DNA of 47,431 bases, the filler included, from Bacteroidales bacterium (GTDB lineage: Bacteria > Bacteroidota > Bacteroidia > Bacteroidales > CAIWKO01): assembly GCA_035389045.1 (NCBI GenBank). It is 13 parts of 13 records of this genome, joined end to end, with 100 filler letters (N's around TTAATTAATTAA, not from the genome) between each part and the next. Parts side by side here need not be neighbours in the genome. Positions count along the whole stretch, not along the records: positions 39,796 to 42,466 come from DAOORA010000133.1; positions 42,567 to 45,068 come from DAOORA010000134.1; positions 45,169 to 47,431 come from DAOORA010000135.1; 10 more parts are not named here. The stretch is one strand, 5' to 3'. Positions 40,463-47,431 of the stretch are shown here, piece by piece (position 1 is the first letter of the stretch; the number at the start of each line of letters is the position of its first letter). The position numbers and the translations under genes were made by a program. Under the pieces are notes generated by a model. The model saw nothing but the letters and a program-made list of their open reading frames with translations. It had not been told where the DNA came from and ran no database searches.

Positions 40463-41968
40463 TTAATCATTATCTTTTACAAAGAGCACGGTGACGGCAG
40501 CGATAAACAACGATATACCTCCGAGGATCAATGAATAGATAGCCTGGCCTTTGAAAATTTCTTTAGTGATAAATCCCAGGACACTGGCGGCAAGGATCTG
40601 GGGTATTACAATGAAAAAGTTGAATATCCCCATATATACGCCCATTTTATCCCGCGGTAGAGCTCCTGTGAGTATGGCATAGGGCATAGATAAAATACTT
40701 GCCCAGGCAATGCCTACGCCCACCATGGACAGCAAAAGCAAACCAGGGGAATTAAAAAAGAAAATGGAGATAAGCCCTAAGCCTCCGGCAACAAGGCATA
40801 TCATGTGAGTGATCTTTCTGCTTGTCAGCCTGGCAATCACGGGTAACAAAAAAGCCATAAGCGCTGCAAAACCATTGTACACGGCAAAACATATGCCTAC
40901 CCAGTTGGCTCCTTTGTTAAATAATTCAGATGTAGGATCGCTGGTGCCATAGATATGACTGGTAACCGCCGGTGTGGTGTATATCCACATGGCAAAAAGG
41001 GCGAACCATGAAAAAAACTGCACTACAGCAAGTTGTTTCATGGTTGCGGGCATCTTTGAAAAATCGTCGAGTACCGACACAAAACCATTTTTGTTATGTC
41101 CGTGTTTTTCAAGTAGTCCGGCTATGAACATCAGCAGGCCGAAGACAAGAAGTCCGACCGAAAAAATGTAAAGTTCGCCGGTGAAATTTCTCCAATAGAA
41201 AATCAGTGAAAGTATAATTCCTGTGATAATGAAATACAGGGAGATTTTTATTTTATTGCTCCGCGGGGAGTCCTTTATACGCTCTTTGGTTTCAGGGTGT
41301 TCTGCTTTTTCTTTTTTTAATTCTGTAAAGGATGCAAGTTCTTCCGGTGAATATTCCTTTGTTCGTATCACGGTCCACAGCACTGCCAGGAAAAACGCAG
41401 CCGCACCGATATAGAAAGAGTATTTAACTGATGGAGGGATTATTCCTTCGGGTGCGGTATTTTCGACACCGAAAAGGTTGGTCAGGATGTAGGGCAGGGC
41501 GGAGGCCACAACGGCGCCTGTTCCGATAAAAAAGCTTTGCATGGCAAAACCTTTTGTCCGTTGTTCCGGAAGAAGCATGTCGCCGACAAAGGCGCGGAAA
41601 GGCTCCATCGAAATATTGATGGAGGCATCCATGATCCATAACATACCTGCAGCCACCCATAATACGGGTGAGTTGGGCATGACAAGAAGGGCGAGGGAGG
41701 CCAGTATGGCGCCGGTAAGGAAGTAAGGACGCCGGCGTCCGAGGCGATTCCAGGTGCGGTCGCTGAGATGCCCGATGATCGGCTGTATGATCAGTCCGGT
41801 GAGAGGAGCGGCTATCCAGAGGATCGGGATATCTTCAATTTTGGCTCCCAGTGTTTCAAAAATACGGCTTACATTGGCATTTTGGAGGGCAAAGCCAAAT
41901 TGTATACCGAGGAACCCGAAACTCATGTTCCATATCTGCCAGAACGATAAACGGGGCTTACTTTTCAT
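40463..41968 (-). CDS. MFS/GPH sugar transporter (maltose/sucrose permease-like)
   Basis: [39 protein letters not shown] and [16 protein letters not shown] motifs. Confidence 0.88.
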   Translation of the reverse strand: MKSKPRLSFWQIWNMSFGFLGIQFGFALQNANVSRIFETLGAKIEDIPILWIAAPLTGLIIQPIIGHLSDRTWNRLGRRRPYFLTGAILASLALLVMPNSPVLWVAAGMLWIMDASINISMEPFRAFVGDMLLPEQRTKGFAMQSFFIGTGAVVASALPYILTNLFGVENTAPEGIIPPSVKYSFYIGAAAFFLAVLWTVIRTKEYSPEELASFTELKKEKAEHPETKERIKDSPRSNKIKISLYFIITGIILSLIFYWRNFTGELYIFSVGLLVFGLLMFIAGLLEKHGHNKNGFVSVLDDFSKMPATMKQLAVVQFFSWFALFAMWIYTTPAVTSHIYGTSDPTSELFNKGANWVGICFAVYNGFAALMAFLLPVIARLTSRKITHMICLVAGGLGLISIFFFNSPGLLLLSMVGVGIAWASILSMPYAILTGALPRDKMGVYMGIFNFFIVIPQILAASVLGFITKEIFKGQAIYSLILGGISLFIAAVTVLFVKDND

Positions 41969-41987
41969 AGTGGTCAGGGATCAGAAA

Positions 41988-42466
41988 CTAATTTTCTATA
42001 TATACAATTTTTTGGGTGGAAGAAAAATTTCCTGACCGGATGGTCAAGAAGTAATAGCCGCTTTTAATCTTTTCACCTGTGCGGTTGGTGCCGTTCCATT
42101 TTAAATAATGGATTCCTGCCTGCTGAGTGTCATTGGATAAGATATTAACTTCTGCACCCACCAGGTCAAATACGGTAATGACAACGGTTCCCGAAGCGGG
42201 TAATGTATAACAAATAGTCTGTTCATCACTGAAAGGATTAGGATATACCGAAGTCTTGAAAGGATCCTGAATTTCTGCTTCGCTGATTCCGGCACCCGTG
42301 GTGTCAACATACAGATCGGGAACAGGAAGAAGTGAGTCAATATAAATATGATATTCACCGGGGTCGTATTGGATCGTAAAATTGTTGCCTGCCGTTTGAT
42401 TGGGCAGGATATTAATACTGTCACCGGTAAAATAATCATACCATTTACCGGCATGAGGAAATTCAG
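41988..42466 (-). CDS. C-terminus of a T9SS type A protein, probably GH13/alpha-amylase-like; 5'-truncated and missing from the ORF track
   Basis: Hand translation [14 protein letters not shown]...GEYHIY...VYPNPF...WNGTN...SGYYF...KIVYIEN*; ends 19 nt before the sugar permease start. Confidence 0.75.
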
Positions 42467-42658
42467 NNNNNNNNNNNNNNNNNNNNNNNNNNNNNNNNNN
42501 NNNNNNNNNNTTAATTAATTAANNNNNNNNNNNNNNNNNNNNNNNNNNNNNNNNNNNNNNNNNNNNCGCAAGTTGCATCTATTTGATCAGATGGGAAAGA
42601 TGCATTTCGCCGGCGGCTTACGAATATTCAATAAAGCCCAACTTCTGATAATTGTTGT

Positions 42659-44962
42659 TTATGGGCGGGTGATAATAAATTTTCTGACACCTTGCTCTGT
42701 CCGGAAGTTCTGATTTTCTACCCTTGAAACACGGCAGAAATAAAACCCGCTTTGCAGGTCTGATAACGGTATTTCAACATCGGTTACACAAGACAACTCT
42801 TTTATAAGAACCTGTTTTCCAACAATATCGTATATTTCTACACGGACAAGTGATTTATAGGATTTGTCAAACGTTATTTTTATTTCTGAACGGGCTGGAT
42901 TAGGATAAAGATGGAAGCCGATCTTTTGATCAGGAAACAGTTCGCTCACACTGCTCAGATGATGTGGTTTAATACCGCTGTAATAAGCTAATCCCCCGGA
43001 AAAGTTCCCTGTTATCATATCCTTGTAGCCATCGTTATCAAAATCGTATACGGCTACCCCAGAACGCATACCTTCCCGGATATAGCTTGTGGAGGAATCC
43101 TTTTCTACCTGGATTAAAACAGAATCAGTCGCAGTAAACTTCCCCGTGAGATTGTTTTCAATATCTTTGTAATAAAAAATCATCCCTTTTTCTGAGCCGG
43201 TGAACAGTTTGATTTTATTTGAATCCTTAAAAAAACAGGGTGCACTGTAACCGTGGACGGATACAGCCGGATCCGTCACATTTACTTTCCCCAGACTGTC
43301 TGTTATCATCGTAAACACCGGGTTGCTGCTTGTCCCCGTATTTTGATAATAGGAAATATAACCATTCTTTTTACCCAAGGCAAGATCCAATAAATTATCA
43401 TTATTTAAGTCAAATAGCTGTGGCTTGCTGTAATCGCCCGCATCTAACGACTGATAATGCAACACCGGCGGATCATAAACCGGAATATTACCCGGACCTG
43501 CGATATTTTTAAAGTACAGCAGGCTGCCATCTGAGTTGCCGCAGATCATATCATGGTCCCCGTCATGATCTAAATCGCCGAAAGTGGGTGTGAGACCGAT
43601 CAGTTTCAATTGCGAAAGATGGCCATAATCTTCGTTTACCAGTTGAAATAACGGGCTGGTCAGTGTACCTTTGTTTTCCAAAACGGCAATTTGTGACCTG
43701 AAAACCGATTTCAAATAACCAAATTCATAATATGAAGAATCGAGGTAGCCGTAATTTCCTATGATAATATCCTGCAAGCCGTCGTTGTTGTAATCGTAAA
43801 CAACCGGATAAGAACCGCTTCCTAAATCAATCATGTCGCCCTGAAAAAAATCCTTTTTCACAAAATTGAAAACAGGCATTGCAGGTGTACCCGAATTCTG
43901 ATAATACCAGATGCTGTTTTTATTTTCTGTCAAAGCGTAAACAGAAGAGAAAGGTGATACCAGCAGATCTTTTTTGCCGTCATTGTTCACATCCAGATAA
44001 CTGGCAACAGGAAACGAATTGAAATTCACCGGTGCGGTATTCGAAGGAAATAAGGTGTCCTGGCTGATCATGTGTGCAGAGTCGGATGTGCCGCCATTGG
44101 TCAGTTTTATAAGATTGAAGTAGTCCACATCACCCAGTACCATGTCGACCAGTCCGTCACCGTTAAAATCATCGGTCAGCATAGTTGACCCTACGTGGCG
44201 TGTGGCTTTGTCCGCGGCAATAGTGTCGTTGCGCCAGGGGCAGGTGATATTCAGATTGAGGGTGTTATCCAGCGCACCTTCCGAAAAATCACCCCAGCAA
44301 TGATACCGGAGTTCATAAAGCAGGGTGTCGTTATTGTTGTAAAGTTCCTGTGAGAGATTCTTATGCATCTCAAGGAACGTGCCCAACCCGAAAAATACCA
44401 GTATATCCAGGTCACCGTCGCCGTCCAGGTCATGAATGGCGGGATAATCATCATTGGTAACCATGATGTTGGAAGTACTGCCTCCCATATTTGAATTCAG
44501 CATGGTATACAGCAGCTGAAATTTTAAGATGGTGTCGGAAATGTTTTTATATACAGCTATTCCACCGGGAACATAAGTGAAAATGTCGTTTTTCTGGTCA
44601 TTATTATAGTCAATAAAATGTACCCATCCGTTTAAAGCCGGGAAAAACTTCTGATAAAAAGCATCGTATGAATAACTTATACTGTCGGGAAGGTTGTTCT
44701 TTATAAAGGTAAGGATTTTATTTCCGGTCTTGTCAAAAACTACCAGATCGTTTATTCCGTCCAGATTTATATCAAGTTCCGCAAAATGACAGGAATTCAT
44801 ACCTCCGGTCCAGCCAAACTCAAGTTCTGTCCCGCCTGTGTCCGATAACGGTACGGAAAAATCTCTGATAAACCCGTAATCATATATGGTTTGTCCGTAT
44901 GATATTCCGGAGCCGGTCAGTAATAAAAAAAACAAAGTTATCCTCTTAATATTTAATTTCAT
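42659..44962 (-). CDS. FG-GAP/VCBS repeat protein with T9SS type A domain
   Basis: Many DxNxDGxxD repeats; C-terminal LYPNPA...LQSGFYF...KFII. Confidence 0.88.
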   Translation of the reverse strand: MKLNIKRITLFFLLLTGSGISYGQTIYDYGFIRDFSVPLSDTGGTELEFGWTGGMNSCHFAELDINLDGINDLVVFDKTGNKILTFIKNNLPDSISYSYDAFYQKFFPALNGWVHFIDYNNDQKNDIFTYVPGGIAVYKNISDTILKFQLLYTMLNSNMGGSTSNIMVTNDDYPAIHDLDGDGDLDILVFFGLGTFLEMHKNLSQELYNNNDTLLYELRYHCWGDFSEGALDNTLNLNITCPWRNDTIAADKATRHVGSTMLTDDFNGDGLVDMVLGDVDYFNLIKLTNGGTSDSAHMISQDTLFPSNTAPVNFNSFPVASYLDVNNDGKKDLLVSPFSSVYALTENKNSIWYYQNSGTPAMPVFNFVKKDFFQGDMIDLGSGSYPVVYDYNNDGLQDIIIGNYGYLDSSYYEFGYLKSVFRSQIAVLENKGTLTSPLFQLVNEDYGHLSQLKLIGLTPTFGDLDHDGDHDMICGNSDGSLLYFKNIAGPGNIPVYDPPVLHYQSLDAGDYSKPQLFDLNNDNLLDLALGKKNGYISYYQNTGTSSNPVFTMITDSLGKVNVTDPAVSVHGYSAPCFFKDSNKIKLFTGSEKGMIFYYKDIENNLTGKFTATDSVLIQVEKDSSTSYIREGMRSGVAVYDFDNDGYKDMITGNFSGGLAYYSGIKPHHLSSVSELFPDQKIGFHLYPNPARSEIKITFDKSYKSLVRVEIYDIVGKQVLIKELSCVTDVEIPLSDLQSGFYFCRVSRVENQNFRTEQGVRKFIITRP

Positions 44963-45168
44963 ACCATTTCCATTTTTTAATGTCTTATAAACAAAGATAG
45001 CAAAATTATTGTTTTTGTATTGCCGGTTTTTCCGGGAAACTTTTTGATTGGATGAATTAATTATTAATNNNNNNNNNNNNNNNNNNNNNNNNNNNNNNNN
45101 NNNNNNNNNNNNTTAATTAATTAANNNNNNNNNNNNNNNNNNNNNNNNNNNNNNNNNNNNNNNNNNNN

Positions 45169-45938
45169 TTTTTGCAAAGATCACCATGTACGTGATGATA
45201 GCGGCATGTCTGATTAGGATCTATCTTGTATGGAAAAAGAAAATCAACAGCGGCCTTAAATGGCTCGTGGTCTTCCTGTACCTGGTAGCCACCTGCACTG
45301 TGGGTTATACAGGCCTTTTAGGCGGGACACTGGTATACAACCACATGATCGGATTTGAATCCGCTCCCGGCGAGCAAACCGTTGCCGTTTCAAATAAAAC
45401 CGTTGACAACCTGAAAGCTGCCCTTCAGGGAGAAACCACCGCCTCGGCCAAATATGCCGCCTTTGCACAAAAGGCCAATGAAGAAGGTCTTCCTCAAATT
45501 GCAGCACTGTTCAGCGCTGCATCAAAAGCAGAAAGCATACATGCCAATAATCATAAAAAGGTATTGGAGGCTCTTGGAAACAAAGTGGATGTGCAGCCCG
45601 AAGCATTTACGGTAGGGACAAGCTTAGAAAATCTCCAGGCAGCTTTTAGCGGCGAAAAACATGAAGTAGAATCTATGTATCCAGGTTTTATCGAACAGGC
45701 AAAAACAGATAACCTAAATGATGCGGTAAAATCTTTCGGATGGGCTGTTGATACAGAAATGAAACACATGGAACTATTTACTGCAGCGATTGATGCTTTA
45801 AATGCAAAAAAAGTAAGCAGTCTTCCCACCACATATTTTGTATGTCCCAAATGCGGATTCGCCTATTCTGATGAGGATGTAGAAGATTATTGTGAGCTGT
45901 GCGGAACAGAAAAAGAAAAATATTTCACTTTGAAATAA
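45169..45938 (+). CDS. Rubrerythrin with fused N-terminal membrane domain (DUF2231-like), 5'-truncated
   Basis: Hydrophobic ...TGLLGGTLVY then NLKAALQGE...AESIHA...GEKHE...EMKH and CPKC/CELC. Confidence 0.82.
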
Positions 45939-45955
45939 GAATTACAGAGCGACAC

Positions 45956-46024
45956 TGGCTGAAAGTGGCAGTACGACTGCGCGAAAGGCTCAAGCTGCTG
46001 TCAGTCGTACCGCCACTACAGCCA
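45956..46024 (+). terminator. Long GC-rich hairpin after rubrerythrin (terminator or repeat element)
   Basis: TGGCTG-AA-AGTGGCAGTACGACTG ... CAGTCGTACCGCCACT-A-CAGCCA followed by a T run. Confidence 0.55.
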
Positions 46025-46071
46025 CATTTTTTCATCCTTTTATTTACATTTGTAAACTCAAATAACATTTA

Positions 46072-47367
46072 ATGGAACAACAAGCACTAAAAAAATCAGG
46101 CTTCAAAAGTTTTCCCCGGAACTTCTGGACTGTGATCACTATGGAATTTTTCGAACGGGGCTCCTATTACGGAGTAATGTCAATATTATCGGTGTATCTG
46201 GTTATGAGCACCAAAGACGGCGGCCTGGGTTTTTCTAAAGAAAGCGTAGGTGTCATTAAAAGCACCATCACACCATTATTATATCTTCTTCCTATTATTT
46301 CAGGGGCAATTGCCGATCGCTATGGTTATAAAAAGACCTTATTTTTTGCATTCATCGTGATGAGTTGCGGGTATTTCATGACGAGTCAGTTCACTGACTA
46401 TCCTTTGGTATTCGCAAGTTTGTTGCTGATGGTGTTGGGTGCGGGATTTTTTAAACCCATTATTTCGGGAACCATCGCGCGTTCGACCGATGTAAGCAAC
46501 TCATCACTGGGCTTCGGAATTTTCTACTGGTCAATAAACCTGGGAGCCTTTCTTTTTCCGCTTATTTTAATACCCTACTTAAAGACTTACTCGTACACTT
46601 ACATTTTTATCATGGCCTCGATGATCACCGGATCGTTGTTGCTGCTCAACCTTTTCGTGTACAGGGAACCCGCAAAACCTGCCAGCTCCAAAAGCCTGAT
46701 CACCATACTCAAAGATGCCGTATTGGTATTAAAAGATTACCGTTTCATTATGATGATTCTCATTTATTCATGTTTCTGGATTTTATATTTCCAGATGTTC
46801 GACACGGTACTGTGGTATTTGAGCGAGTATATGGACATGACTCCGGTAAATAATTTTGTCAATTCTGTATTAGCCATTTTCATGAATAACCCGCAATGGA
46901 AATTTGAAGCAGAGCATGTAACGGTTATCAACGCGGGAACCATCATACTCCTGCAGATCCTGGTTTCAAGTATTGTCAAACATACCAAAGCATTGCCCAC
47001 GATGATCGTTGGCATCTCACTCGGAACCATCGGGATGGCCATACTTGGCCTGTCTTCCAATGCATGGGTATTTATTACCGGTATGATCGTTTTTTCCCTC
47101 GGAGAAATGACCGCACATCCTAAATTTATTTCATATGTCGGACTTATTGCACCCGCTGATAAAAAAGCGCTTTACCTCGGGTATTCCTTTTTGTACGGAG
47201 TGATTGGCAGCGGTGTCGGCGGGGTGCTGGGCGCCAATTTATACGTTTACTTTGTTGATACCCTGAACCGGCCTTCCACCCTATGGTTTATTTTCAGCCT
47301 GATCGGCGTGGCGACTATCATAGGGCTGCTGCTTTATAACAGGTTTCTGGCGCCTAAGAAAATCTGA
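46072..47367 (+). CDS. MFS POT/PTR-like peptide transporter
   Basis: EFFERGSYYG (ExxERxxYY), ADRYG and FYWSINLGA motifs. Confidence 0.88.
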   Translation: MEQQALKKSGFKSFPRNFWTVITMEFFERGSYYGVMSILSVYLVMSTKDGGLGFSKESVGVIKSTITPLLYLLPIISGAIADRYGYKKTLFFAFIVMSCGYFMTSQFTDYPLVFASLLLMVLGAGFFKPIISGTIARSTDVSNSSLGFGIFYWSINLGAFLFPLILIPYLKTYSYTYIFIMASMITGSLLLLNLFVYREPAKPASSKSLITILKDAVLVLKDYRFIMMILIYSCFWILYFQMFDTVLWYLSEYMDMTPVNNFVNSVLAIFMNNPQWKFEAEHVTVINAGTIILLQILVSSIVKHTKALPTMIVGISLGTIGMAILGLSSNAWVFITGMIVFSLGEMTAHPKFISYVGLIAPADKKALYLGYSFLYGVIGSGVGGVLGANLYVYFVDTLNRPSTLWFIFSLIGVATIIGLLLYNRFLAPKKI

Positions 47368-47431
47368 AAAATAGTAATGCTGAAAACCTATTTCAAAAAA
47401 AACACTATCGAAGCCGGCTGCGACGAAGCCG

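Overview
This window is not continuous DNA. It is 13 short assembly contigs joined by 100-nt N44-TTAATTAATTAA-N44 linkers, with sizes falling from about 4.8 kb to 2.5 kb, plus one plain 100-N gap at 24378-24477. Gene neighbourhoods are therefore only meaningful within a contig. The content points to a Bacteroidota genome: many T9SS-secreted proteins, TANNTTTG -7 promoters, and housekeeping genes (uvrA-like, cysK-cysE, CCA enzyme, tsaC, GT9, recJ, lipid A acyltransferase, hsdM, MFS transporters, rubrerythrin fusion). One contig (22967-26595) is a phage replication/early-gene fragment. Intergenic DNA is dense in REP-like hairpins and MITEs. The most notable structure is a tRNA-Val(TAC) followed by a small GIY-YIG gene and a second tRNA copy whose anticodon arm is precisely replaced by a TCCCGA..TCGGGA hairpin. 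Related short GC-rich palindromes occur elsewhere, and in one case a 16-bp palindrome replaces 6 nt inside another repeat. Several gene 3' ends are also duplicated around hairpin elements. Together these suggest a palindrome-writing or local-duplication mobile system; this is inference, no searches were run and novelty is unverified.
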